Source: Candidatus Binatia bacterium (GTDB lineage: Bacteria > Desulfobacterota > Binatia > UBA9968 > JAJDTQ01). From it: a DNA stretch of 64,000 nt. The stretch covers positions 160,001 to 224,000 of the forward strand of contig OY762897.2 in the NCBI GenBank assembly GCA_963666515.2, read 5' to 3'. The translations under genes were made by a program, and so were the position numbers. Below, one piece after another: positions 9,588-18,654 of the stretch (positions are counted from its first letter, which is position 1; each line of letters opens with the position of its first letter). The notes beneath the pieces were generated by a model that was not told where the DNA came from, ran no database searches, and saw only the letters and a program-made list of their open reading frames with translations.

Positions 9588-11150
9588 CTATTCGTGCCGG
9601 TCGTCGCACGCAAGCACCAACGCCATCCGGACGGCGTCGGCGTTGCTGCGGCCCAGGATCACGCCTGCGTCCTCCAACTTGCGTTCCTGTTGCGGCGCGT
9701 TTTGCGGATCGTCGGGGGTTCCGCACACGGACGCCACGAACTCGAGCCGTCTGCCGGCCCGCTCCGCTGCCTCCCCGGCTTTGCGGATGACCGGCGCCAG
9801 CGCCCCCGCGGGATCGTCATGGGCGCCGTAACCCAGCACCACGTCCAGGAGGATCACGGCCACCTCCGGGTCGGCGGCTTCCCGCAGGATGCGCTCGCCG
9901 CGCAGCCGCGGATCGATCATCGGATGCGGGCGTCCCCGCGTCAGCCGCGCGTCGCCCAGGTCCACCACGGCGTTTCCCTGACTCTCCCAGATATCACTCA
10001 GGAACGGCGGCATGGAAGTGTTGCTGTAGACAAGTCCTACCGCCTCACGCATGAGCAACACCGCCTCGGCGGCCAGCGTGCCGCCGCTGTAGAGGCCGCG
10101 GATGAACCGTTGGCTGGGCGCTTTCGGGCGGCCTGCGTCCGCGAGCCTGTCGTCCGGTTCGGTCCGGTGTTCGGGCGTGGTGTCGCGCGAGAACGCAACG
10201 CCTTGGGACAGGGCCACCGCCGCGCGGGCGGCCTCGTCCAAGGTCCGCGCCACGACGAGACCCGGCGCCGGTTGGACGTCCGGGGCCGCCCCGACAAAGT
10301 TCACCACCACGGGCTTGCCGGCGCGCCGGGCCCGTTCGAGGACCCGCTTGGCCACCTCCGGGTCCGGGGGCTTGGAGACCAGCGCGATGACGCGCGTCGC
10401 CGGGTCCTGGGCCAGGGCGTCCAACGCCTGCAAGGTGGAGAGGCCGCCGACGCCCCGTGACAGGTCCCGTCCGCCGGTCCCGATGACCTGGGACAGACCG
10501 CCGCCGTACTGATGGATGAGCGTGGTCACTTCCTGAAGGCCGGTGCCGGCGGCGCCGATGCAGCCGATGTCGCCGCGCCGCACCGCGTTGGCGAAGCCAA
10601 GCGGTATACCGTTGATGATGGCCGTGCCGCAGTCGGGACCCATCACCAGCAGACCGTTGGCGTTGGCATACTGCTTGAGCGCCACCTCGTCCGCCTCGGA
10701 TACGCCGGCGCTGAACAGCATGACGTGAAGCCCCAGGCGCAGGGCCTTCAGGGCCTCGGCAGCCGCGTAGTCACCCGGCACCGAGATGAGCGCCAGGTTG
10801 GCGGGCGTCTCCTCAAGGCTCATGGCCAGGCTGCGGGGCAGGGCGGCATTCGTGCTCGCGGCAGCGCGGGATGCCGGCGTGTCCCGACTCAACTCCTCCT
10901 CAACCGCGGCGAAGACCTGCTCGATGATCTCCCTGTCGTCGCCCCGAACCACCACCAGCATGTCGTTGGCCCCGGCATCGGCTTCACCGGCGAAGAGACC
11001 CGCGTCGCGCAACAGCGCGCGGTTGCCGTCGGTCGCCATCACCACGGCCGCGGCGTCCACTCCCGAGGTCTCGGCGGCCCGCGCGGAGAGCTGCATGAGC
11101 GACAGGGAGTCGTGGTAGCAATTGGGGATGACTCTCGTTAGCGTGATCAT
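9588..11150 (-). CDS. fdrA: FdrA (YahF/AllF-like) succinyl-CoA-synthetase-fold protein
   Basis: YHDSLSLM, ISVPGDYA, MGPDCGT, GTGLQE, IGTGGRD, SKPP, GLYSGGTL, GRPHPMIDP, LDVVLGYG. Confidence 0.9.
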   Translation of the reverse strand: MITLTRVIPNCYHDSLSLMQLSARAAETSGVDAAAVVMATDGNRALLRDAGLFAGEADAGANDMLVVVRGDDREIIEQVFAAVEEELSRDTPASRAAASTNAALPRSLAMSLEETPANLALISVPGDYAAAEALKALRLGLHVMLFSAGVSEADEVALKQYANANGLLVMGPDCGTAIINGIPLGFANAVRRGDIGCIGAAGTGLQEVTTLIHQYGGGLSQVIGTGGRDLSRGVGGLSTLQALDALAQDPATRVIALVSKPPDPEVAKRVLERARRAGKPVVVNFVGAAPDVQPAPGLVVARTLDEAARAAVALSQGVAFSRDTTPEHRTEPDDRLADAGRPKAPSQRFIRGLYSGGTLAAEAVLLMREAVGLVYSNTSMPPFLSDIWESQGNAVVDLGDARLTRGRPHPMIDPRLRGERILREAADPEVAVILLDVVLGYGAHDDPAGALAPVIRKAGEAAERAGRRLEFVASVCGTPDDPQNAPQQERKLEDAGVILGRSNADAVRMALVLACDDRHE

Positions 11151-11221
11151 GGTTCGGATCAGCGAGGGAGGGCGTTCTCCGACTTGGGATGGACGCCGGC
11201 CTCTTCCGTAGTCCCGCGGGG

Positions 11222-11250
11222 ACTCTACTACGAAACCCGTGGAGGGTCCA
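11222..11250 (-). promoter_or_regulatory. possible promoter of the fdrA-atzD operon with an overlapping palindrome
   Basis: TGGACC-N17-TAGAGT on the minus strand; AGTCCC-GCG-GGGACT dyad at 11210-11224. Confidence 0.35.
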
Positions 11251-11317
11251 TTTCGGTTGGATTTTGGTCGGATATCGCCGAAACTTGCCCTGCAATCCCA
11301 AACCACCGGGAGCAACT

Positions 11318-12550
11318 ATGAGCGAACCGTTCGATCTCTTGATCCGGAAGGCGCGGCTGCGGCGCCGGCCGGAAGCGTTGTACGACATCGCCGTGCGCGC
11401 GGGACGAATCGAGGCCATCGACGAATCGTCGGACCGGTCGGCCGCGGTCGTGCTGGACGCGGCCGGGGGTCTCGTCACCGAGCCCTTCGTCAATCCCCAC
11501 CTGCATCTCGACAAGGTCTACACCCTTCAGCGGCTGGACGAGGAGTCGTCCCTGCGCGCCTATCACGGCGAGGGTATGGGCAGCGCCATGAAAGCCATCG
11601 AGGCGGCGTCGCGGGTCAAGGAATCGTACAGCCAGGACTGGATCGTGGAAAACGCCAGACGGGCGCTCCGCGCCGCGGCGGTGCACGGCAACACCCACAT
11701 CCGGGCGTTCGCCGACGTGGATACCAAGGCGCGTCTGGAGGGCGTCAAGGCGCTGCTCCAGGTGAGGGAGGAGTTCCGCGGCATCGTGGAGTTGCAGGTG
11801 GTGGCGTTTCCGCAGGACGGGGTTGTGCGGGAGCCCGGCGCCGCCGAACTGGTGCGCGAGGCCGTGGCGCTGGGCGTGGACGTGGTGGGCGGCATTCCGT
11901 GGATCGAGTACACTGACGCCGCCGCGCGTGAGCACGTGCGCCAAATGTTCGAGATCGCCGTGGCCAACGACAAGCCCGTTTCCATGCTGGTGGACGACGC
12001 CGGCGACCCGGGCCTGCGGACGTTGGAGATGATGGCGGTCCACGCCATCGAGAACGGTTGGCAGGGACGGATCCTGGCGCATCACGCGCGCGCCATGGCG
12101 CTCTACCCCGAGCCCTATTTCCAGAAAGTGGCGGCGCTCCTGCGGCAGGCCGGCATGCCCGTGGTCACCGACCCTCACACCGGGCCGCTCCACGCCCGCG
12201 TCCGTGACCTCCAGGCCGCCGGCGTCCGTGTCTGTCTCGGGCAGGACGACATATCCGACGCCTACTACCCCTTCGGCCGCAACAACATGTTGGAAGTCGC
12301 GTTCCTGGCCTCGCACCTGCTGTGGATGACCACCGAGGACGACATGGAACGCCTCTACGACATGATCACCGTGGACGCCGCCCGCGCCATGGGCCTCGAC
12401 GACCTGCGCCTGGAGGTAGGCGCCCCCGCGGACATGGTGGTGCTGGGGGCCCCGTCCGTGCTGGAAGCCCTGCGCGACCACCGGGCGCCGGTGCACGTCA
12501 TCCGCGGCGGGAAGGTGGTGGACATCGAGATGCTGAGTGATCCCGGATAG
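11318..12550 (+). CDS. cytosine deaminase (CodA)/AtzC/YahJ-like amidohydrolase
   Basis: PHLHLDK, QVVAFPQDG, VGGIP, GQDD and YYPFG motifs. Confidence 0.85.
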   Translation: MSEPFDLLIRKARLRRRPEALYDIAVRAGRIEAIDESSDRSAAVVLDAAGGLVTEPFVNPHLHLDKVYTLQRLDEESSLRAYHGEGMGSAMKAIEAASRVKESYSQDWIVENARRALRAAAVHGNTHIRAFADVDTKARLEGVKALLQVREEFRGIVELQVVAFPQDGVVREPGAAELVREAVALGVDVVGGIPWIEYTDAAAREHVRQMFEIAVANDKPVSMLVDDAGDPGLRTLEMMAVHAIENGWQGRILAHHARAMALYPEPYFQKVAALLRQAGMPVVTDPHTGPLHARVRDLQAAGVRVCLGQDDISDAYYPFGRNNMLEVAFLASHLLWMTTEDDMERLYDMITVDAARAMGLDDLRLEVGAPADMVVLGAPSVLEALRDHRAPVHVIRGGKVVDIEMLSDPG

Positions 12551-12659
12551 CTTGATCCTTTAGGGGTGCGAGTGAGAAGGGAGCCGGTGCCCCAGGCGGG
12601 CAGCGACGTGTTCTGACGCCAGTTGACAACAGATCGGGGTTCGGTCTATCCCGATTGCC

Positions 12660-12932
12660 ATGCAAGTCTTCGCCGTCTTCAATATCTCCCACCGGGACAT
12701 TGTTCTGGAGCGCCTCAAGGAGCACTATCCCCACCAGCACACCGAAACCAACCGCGAGGCTTTCTTCGTCGCCACAGTCGGGGAGACTTCGCAGCAGGTG
12801 GGGGAGAAACTCGGCTTCGGTGCGGACAACCTGTCGTCCGGGATTGTCGTGCCGGTGACGGCTTACTGGGGACGCGCCAATCCGAATCTGTGGGAATGGA
12901 TACAGGCGAAGATGGACGCCAATGGCAAGTAA
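12660..12932 (+). CDS. hypothetical protein (90 aa)
   Basis: Protein-like composition with a C-terminal YWG..W.W segment; overlaps the next ORF by 11 nt. Confidence 0.6.
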   Translation: MQVFAVFNISHRDIVLERLKEHYPHQHTETNREAFFVATVGETSQQVGEKLGFGADNLSSGIVVPVTAYWGRANPNLWEWIQAKMDANGK

Positions 12933-13194
12933 CGGCGATACCAACCCCGAAGCCCAAAGAGAGATTCCGCCAGATCGCCCCACGGGAGAACTGGGCTGGA
13001 TCAGAGAAGCTCTCAACAGGCTGGACGCGCGGTTTGATAAACTTGATACAAGACTGGATGGCCTTGAGGAGCGACTACGCAAGGTGGAGAACAGGATATA
13101 CTGGATCGGCGGAATCATCACCGCCCTGGTGCTCTTGGTCGGCGCCCTCCAGATACTGATGCGGGTAGCTGACATATCGATCACCCTCAAATAG
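12922..13194 (+). CDS. small coiled-coil protein with C-terminal TM anchor (XhlA/DUF1640-like)
   Basis: Heptad run LNRLDARFDKLDTRLDGLEERLRKVENR followed by hydrophobic IYWIGGIITALVLLVG. Confidence 0.65.
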   Translation: MASNGDTNPEAQREIPPDRPTGELGWIREALNRLDARFDKLDTRLDGLEERLRKVENRIYWIGGIITALVLLVGALQILMRVADISITLK

Positions 13195-13405
13195 GTGAAC
13201 CCGCTACGTCCCTTGAGGCTTCGGGAAGCATCCGACTTCTCACGTCCGGCCCCCGCCAGCACCCGCTCCGGCAGGTCGTCCACTGCCTTCATCGGATACG
13301 TCTCCGCCTTGTCCTTCAGGAGCAGCAGTTCGCCAACGAATCAGCCCGCCTTCCAGTTCGCCGGAATGCTTGACACCCATCACCCCGCAGTCCTATGTAG
13401 TCCCC

Positions 13406-14482
13406 ATGCCGGTCATCGACGCAGACGCCCACGTGGACGAGACCGAGGATACCTGGGGTTACATCGACGAGGCATACAAGCGGTACACCCCGGTCACGGT
13501 GATGCAGGATCCCGCCAGCTCGGGCGGCACGCAGCCGCGGGGATACAACCGCTACTGGTGCGTGGACGGCCGTTTTCTGGTGCGGCGCATCCGGGACGAC
13601 AAGCGCACCGAGACGACGGTGGAGACGCGCGAGCTGCTGGACGTGCCGGCGCGGCTGCGCCACATGGACGAGCTGGGCATCGACGTGCAGGTTTGCTACC
13701 CGACCACGTTCCTGCTGCGCTGGAGTCCGCGGGACGACATCGAGCACGCGCTGCGCAGATCCTACAACCGCTGGATGGCGGACCGGTGGAAGCTGAGCGA
13801 CAACCGCCTGCGCTGGGTCTGCCTCCTGCCCATGGGCGACATGGACGAGGCCGTGAAGGAGATGCGCTTCGCCCGCGAAAACGGCGCCTGCGGGTGGATG
13901 AAGAAGGGGATCGAGTGCGGCAACAGGCGCGCGGGCGACCCCTACTTCTTTCCGCTCTACCAGGAGTCGGAGGCTCTGGACATGGCCGTGTGCGTCCACA
14001 CCGGCACGGGCGACCCGGCCCTCACCGACGCCGACGCCACGATCCTGAGCCTCCACAACATCACCGCTCCGGTCATCGACGCCTTCACCTCCCTGGTCAT
14101 GGCGGAGGTGCCGGCGAAGTTTCCCAGGTTGAGGGTGGGTTTCATCGAGGCCATGGCCTCTTGGGTGCCGTTCGCGCTGGCGGAGTTGCGGGCGCGTCAC
14201 GAGCGTTCCCGCTGGTTGTTTTCGTTCGACCTGACCAGGAACCTGCTCAAGGAGTCGCGGTTCTACGTGGCCTGCCAGACGGTGGAGGACCTGCCGTACA
14301 TCATCCAGCACTGCGGCGAGGACAACCTCGTCGCCGGAACCGACTACAGCCACGCGGACCAGTCCGCGGAGATCCGCACCCTGAGCGTGCTGCGGGAGAT
14401 GGGGGAGGAAGGCGTCATCACGGGCCGTCAGGCGGAAAAGATCCTCAACGACAACCCGGCGGCGTTGTACGGCATTTCGTGA
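13406..14482 (+). CDS. amidohydrolase_2 family (ACMSD/LigJ-like TIM barrel)
   Basis: IDADAH, RLRHMDELGID, VHTG, FIEA, GTDYSH, KILNDNP. Confidence 0.87.
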   Translation: MPVIDADAHVDETEDTWGYIDEAYKRYTPVTVMQDPASSGGTQPRGYNRYWCVDGRFLVRRIRDDKRTETTVETRELLDVPARLRHMDELGIDVQVCYPTTFLLRWSPRDDIEHALRRSYNRWMADRWKLSDNRLRWVCLLPMGDMDEAVKEMRFARENGACGWMKKGIECGNRRAGDPYFFPLYQESEALDMAVCVHTGTGDPALTDADATILSLHNITAPVIDAFTSLVMAEVPAKFPRLRVGFIEAMASWVPFALAELRARHERSRWLFSFDLTRNLLKESRFYVACQTVEDLPYIIQHCGEDNLVAGTDYSHADQSAEIRTLSVLREMGEEGVITGRQAEKILNDNPAALYGIS

Positions 14483-14556
14483 GCGGCCGGCGGGTTGCCC
14501 GGACGCTTCGGGCGGACGCGGCGCCATGATCCAGGTTCACACAGGAGGTCCAAGAC

Positions 14557-15357
14557 GTGCCTTTTCTGAAACGCGATGACGTAGAACTCCATTACGAGGT
14601 GACCGGCGAGGGCCGCCCTTTCGTCTTCATCAGCGAGACCGCGTGCGACGGCGAGGTGTGGAAGATGTACCCGGTGCCGGAGTTCTCCAGAGACCACATG
14701 TGCATCACCTCCGACTACCGCGGCACCGGGCAGTCCGGGAAGCCGTCCATCCCCTATACCACCGACATGTTCGCGGCGGACATCGCCGCCATCATGGACC
14801 ACGTGGGGGCCAGTGACGCCGTCGTCTGCGGGCATTCCATGGGCGGCCGCGTGGCGCAGCTCCTGGCCCTGGACCACCCCGGGAAGGTGAGCAAGCTGAT
14901 CCTGGCCTCCAGCGGCGCCTCCTTCCCCAACACCAAGGGCATCCCCCTCAAGCTGGCCAAGGAGATGGTGGAGATGGGCTACGAGCGCTACGTGAGCGAC
15001 AGCTCCGTCGCCGTGGGCTTCACCGACGCCTTCGCCAAGGAACACCCGGAGCGCGTCCAGGCCTACCTGGACGTCCGCATGGCCAACCCGTGCCCGCCGG
15101 AGTTCTACCTGCGCCACGTCATCGCCCGCCAGGAGCACGACACCAGCCACCGGCTCAAGGACATCACCGTGCCGACCCTGATCCTGGTGGGCGAGGACGA
15201 CCGTAGCGTCACCAGCGACATGGACCACCGGACCTCCGCGGACATCCTGGCCAACGGAATCCCCGGCGCCCGCTTGGTGATCCTTCCGGGCGAGCGGCAC
15301 AGCTACTTCTTTGCCAACCCGGAAGCGTCCTTCAAGGCCATCCGGGACTTCCTGTAA
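14557..15357 (+). CDS. alpha/beta fold hydrolase
   Basis: DYRGTG, GHSMGG nucleophile elbow, GEDD and late His; GTG start with RBS AGGAGG. Confidence 0.88.
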   Translation: MPFLKRDDVELHYEVTGEGRPFVFISETACDGEVWKMYPVPEFSRDHMCITSDYRGTGQSGKPSIPYTTDMFAADIAAIMDHVGASDAVVCGHSMGGRVAQLLALDHPGKVSKLILASSGASFPNTKGIPLKLAKEMVEMGYERYVSDSSVAVGFTDAFAKEHPERVQAYLDVRMANPCPPEFYLRHVIARQEHDTSHRLKDITVPTLILVGEDDRSVTSDMDHRTSADILANGIPGARLVILPGERHSYFFANPEASFKAIRDFL

Positions 15358-15395
15358 AGCGAATCGGTTCTCACCATCATCCGGAGGAGGCATCC

Positions 15396-15917
15396 ATGGC
15401 GGATTTCACCGTAGCGCAGTTCAGGGACGTATCCGGCGGCCTGCAGGAGGGCCAGTTTGCCATCGGCGAACGGAGCAAGGCCGCGAGCCTGGAGGACCTG
15501 GACCCTACCTACAAGCAGTTGCTGGACATGCCGATAACGGTCACGCTGGGTCTCACGGGTCCGGACGGGCGGGTGAATCTCACGCCCATGTGGTTCGACT
15601 ACGATGGCGACAAGGTGCTGGTGAACACGGCCTCGCACCGGGCCAAGTGCGGCTGGATCCGCAAGAACCCGCGCCTCACCATGCTGCTGGTGAATCCCCA
15701 GAACCCGTACCACTGGATGAGCATCAAGGCCACGGTGGTGAACGAGATTCGGGAGGGCGAGCCCGGCGGCGAAAGGGCCGCCGAGCACATCGATAAGATG
15801 TGGACCAAGTACACCGGCCAGGAGCCGCCCTACGGCCTCAGGGATCCCATCATCGACGAGAAGCGCGTGTTGTTCGAGTGCCGGGTGGACCGGGTGGCCA
15901 CGTTCGGAACACCGTGA
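15396..15917 (+). CDS. pyridoxamine 5'-phosphate oxidase-like (PPOX class, possibly F420-dependent) protein
   Basis: DGRVNLTPMWF, VNT...R.K...I.KNP, NPYHW. Confidence 0.8.
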   Translation: MADFTVAQFRDVSGGLQEGQFAIGERSKAASLEDLDPTYKQLLDMPITVTLGLTGPDGRVNLTPMWFDYDGDKVLVNTASHRAKCGWIRKNPRLTMLLVNPQNPYHWMSIKATVVNEIREGEPGGERAAEHIDKMWTKYTGQEPPYGLRDPIIDEKRVLFECRVDRVATFGTP

Positions 15918-16004
15918 TCGTCGCGGTTTGAAAGAAGCAAGACCGATGGTCCCGGGCCCGACCCCATCGGGCCCACTCCACGAACCCGAAAGGAGCGTGT
16001 CACG

Positions 16005-17078
16005 ATGCATTTCACCGTAGTGCAAAAGAGATTGGCATGGGCCGTGGTGCTGGGCGGGCTGCTGGTGCTGACGACGCTGGCCGGGTCGGCGTCCGCGGCC
16101 GACAAGCCCTTCTACTCGGGCAAGACCATCAGGGTGATCGTGCCCTTCAGTCCCGGCGGGGGCACGGACAACTACGCGCGTTTCGCCTCCAGGCATTGGG
16201 TCAAGTACATTCCGGGCAATCCCAAAATCCTGGTGCAGAACATGCCGGGCGGCGGCGGCGCGCTGACCTTCGGCTACCTCTACTCCAAGGCGTCCAGGGA
16301 TGGCCTGACGCTTGGGGTGGCCTCCGAAGGGATTCCGGTCCGCCGCCTCTTGCGGCGCCCCGGCCACACGTACAAGTTCACCGAGATGTCGCTCATCGCC
16401 TCGGCCCCCAGCTCCACCACCCACTTCGCCGGCAAGAGTCTGGACATCAAGGAACTCAAGGACCTCAAGAAGACCAGCGGAAAGATCGTCGCCGGAGACA
16501 CGCAGAAGGGATCCACCGTGGCCATCGTCTCCGGCCTGATCTTCGAGCTTCTGGGGCTCGAGTACCGTCAGGTCTATGGCTACAGCAGCTACGGCGAGGC
16601 GCGGCTGGCGCTGCTCAAGGGCGAGGTCAACATGACTGGCGGGGACGCGTTCAACTACGCGCTGGTGGTGAAGCCGCTGGAGGAGAAGGGTGAGGTCACC
16701 ATCCTCTTTCAGTCCGGGCTCCTGGACAGCAAGGGGAACGTAGCTCGGCATCCCGCGATGCCGCACCTGCGCACCGTCCGGGAAGGCTTCGTGGAGTTGT
16801 TCGGCAAGGAGCCGTCCGGGACCGTCTGGGAAGCCATCAAGGGGATCATCGCCGTGAATACCTTGGGCAAGTCCGTCTGGGCTCCTCCCGGCGTGCCCGA
16901 GGCCCGGATACGCGACCTTGAGGACGGGTTCCGCAAGATGGTCGCCGACCCGGCGTTCCAGGCGGATGCGGTGAAGGTGATGGGCGGCAAGAACGACGCC
17001 GTCATCGGCAAGGACGCTCAAGCGGCGCTGAAGCAGTTCTTCGGCCTGCCGGAGGACGTGGTCAAGCTGTATCGTTGA
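16005..17078 (+). CDS. tctC: TTT (Bug/TctC) solute-binding protein
   Basis: Signal peptide, IVPFSPGGGTD, VQNMPGGGG, DGLT. Confidence 0.85.
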   Translation: MHFTVVQKRLAWAVVLGGLLVLTTLAGSASAADKPFYSGKTIRVIVPFSPGGGTDNYARFASRHWVKYIPGNPKILVQNMPGGGGALTFGYLYSKASRDGLTLGVASEGIPVRRLLRRPGHTYKFTEMSLIASAPSSTTHFAGKSLDIKELKDLKKTSGKIVAGDTQKGSTVAIVSGLIFELLGLEYRQVYGYSSYGEARLALLKGEVNMTGGDAFNYALVVKPLEEKGEVTILFQSGLLDSKGNVARHPAMPHLRTVREGFVELFGKEPSGTVWEAIKGIIAVNTLGKSVWAPPGVPEARIRDLEDGFRKMVADPAFQADAVKVMGGKNDAVIGKDAQAALKQFFGLPEDVVKLYR

Positions 17079-17084
17079 AAGGTG

Positions 17085-17119
17085 GCGGCTCGGTTTGAAG
17101 CCTCGTTCAACCGAGCCGC
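17085..17119 (+). other. intercistronic stem-loop between tctC and tctA
   Basis: GCGGCTCGGTT...AACCGAGCCGC 11-bp inverted repeat with no U tract. Confidence 0.5.
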
Positions 17120-17142
17120 TACCCGCTGAATCGACGCGGGGC

Positions 17143-18654
17143 ATGCTTGAATCGCTGCTGACCGCCCTGGGGGTGATCTTCTCCCCCTACCATCTTCTGC
17201 TCCTGTTCCTCGGCGTGCTTCTGGGCATCCTCCTCGGGGCGGTCCCGGGTCTGGGCGGCATCGTCGGCCTCACCATCGTGCTGCCCTTCGTCTTCGAGAT
17301 GTCGCCCTCCGAGGCCATGGTCCTGCTGGTGGGCCTGGTGGCGGTGGTGACCTCTTCCGACAGCATTCCCGCGGTGCTGTTCGCGGTCCCGGGCACCGCC
17401 GCGGCCCAGGCCACCATCATGGACGGCCATCCCATGGCCAAGAAGGGTGAGGCGGGCCGGGCCTTCGGCGCCATCTACAGCGCTTCCATGATGGGCGGCG
17501 TCTTCGGCGCGCTGGCGCTGCTCCTGGCCATCCCCATCATGCGTCCGCTGGTGCTCTCGGTGGGTTCCCCCGAGCTGTTCATGCTGGGGATCGTGGGCAT
17601 CTCCATGGTCGGCGTGCTGAGCGGCCGGGCGCCGCTCCAGGGGCTCATCGCCGGCATGGCTGGCGTGCTCGCCAGCATGGTGGGAATGGATCCGCAGACC
17701 GGGGTGCTGCGCTGGACCTTCGGGGCCCTCTATCTCTGGGAAGGCCTTCCCCTGGTGCCCGCGGTCATGGGCGTGTTCGGCATTCCCGAGATCGTCGAGA
17801 TGGTGATTCGCCGCAGGAGCATCGCCGACGTTCCCCGTCACGCCATCAAGGGTATTCTCGTCGGCATCGGCGACACCTTCCGCCACTGGTTCCTGGTGCT
17901 CCGGTGCAGCGTCCTCGGCACCTGGATCGGCCTGATACCGGGGCTCGGCTCGGACGTGGTGGACTGGTTCGCATACGGCCACACCGTGCAGTCGTCACGT
18001 CCTCGCGAGAGCTTCGGCAAGGGCGACGTCCGCGGGGTCATCGGCCCCGAGAGCGCGGCCAACGCCAAGCTCGGGGGCTCGCTCATCCCCACCATCGCCT
18101 TCGGGATTCCGGGAAGCCTGCAGATGATCATCCTGCTGGGCGCCTTCATGATCCTGGGTCTGAGACCTGGCCCGGAGATGCTTACCGACAACCTGGATGT
18201 GACCTTCACCATCGTCTGGAGCCTGGTGCTGGCCAACGTGTTCGGGACGCTGATCCTGCTTCCCCTCACCGGCCAACTGGCGAAGCTCGCCCTGGTGCGC
18301 ATCCAGGTTCTCGCCCCGGTGATCATCAGCATCCTGTTCCTGGCTTCGTTCCTCACCACCCGCGACTACGGCGACCTCATCGTGCTCATCGGTTTCGGCC
18401 TGTTCGCCTGGGTCATGAAGCTGGCGGGTTGGCCGCGCCCCCCGCTGGTTCTCGGTCTGGTGCTCGGTCCCATCATCGGCAAGTACCTGTTCATCTCGAC
18501 CCACGCCTACAACGGCTTCGGCTGGCTTGCCCGGCCCGGAGTGATATTGCTGTTCCTGGCCATGGTCGCGAGCGTCGCCTTCGGGCTGGTGCGGGAAAGG
18601 CGGGGCGAAACGGCCCCTGAAGGAAGCGTTGCCGGAGGACCCCATGAAGCCTAG
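17143..18654 (+). CDS. tctA: TTT large permease
   Basis: GAVPGLG, PGT....T..DGHPMA, PESAANA, GIPGS, PGP. Confidence 0.92.
   Translation: MLESLLTALGVIFSPYHLLLLFLGVLLGILLGAVPGLGGIVGLTIVLPFVFEMSPSEAMVLLVGLVAVVTSSDSIPAVLFAVPGTAAAQATIMDGHPMAKKGEAGRAFGAIYSASMMGGVFGALALLLAIPIMRPLVLSVGSPELFMLGIVGISMVGVLSGRAPLQGLIAGMAGVLASMVGMDPQTGVLRWTFGALYLWEGLPLVPAVMGVFGIPEIVEMVIRRRSIADVPRHAIKGILVGIGDTFRHWFLVLRCSVLGTWIGLIPGLGSDVVDWFAYGHTVQSSRPRESFGKGDVRGVIGPESAANAKLGGSLIPTIAFGIPGSLQMIILLGAFMILGLRPGPEMLTDNLDVTFTIVWSLVLANVFGTLILLPLTGQLAKLALVRIQVLAPVIISILFLASFLTTRDYGDLIVLIGFGLFAWVMKLAGWPRPPLVLGLVLGPIIGKYLFISTHAYNGFGWLARPGVILLFLAMVASVAFGLVRERRGETAPEGSVAGGPHEA

Noticed and set aside
6877-10460. Very long plus-strand ORFs (670 aa and 808 aa) and similar ones elsewhere (37059-39566, 40246-42645, 15303-17144)
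   Set aside because: Antisense shadows of well-supported genes; stop codons are scarce in GC3-rich DNA and the translations lack motifs
11151-11260. Purine or xanthine riboswitch-like words (GTTTCGTAG, GACTACG, AGTAGA..CGGAA) upstream of fdrA
   Set aside because: The required stems cannot be formed; better explained as a promoter plus dyad
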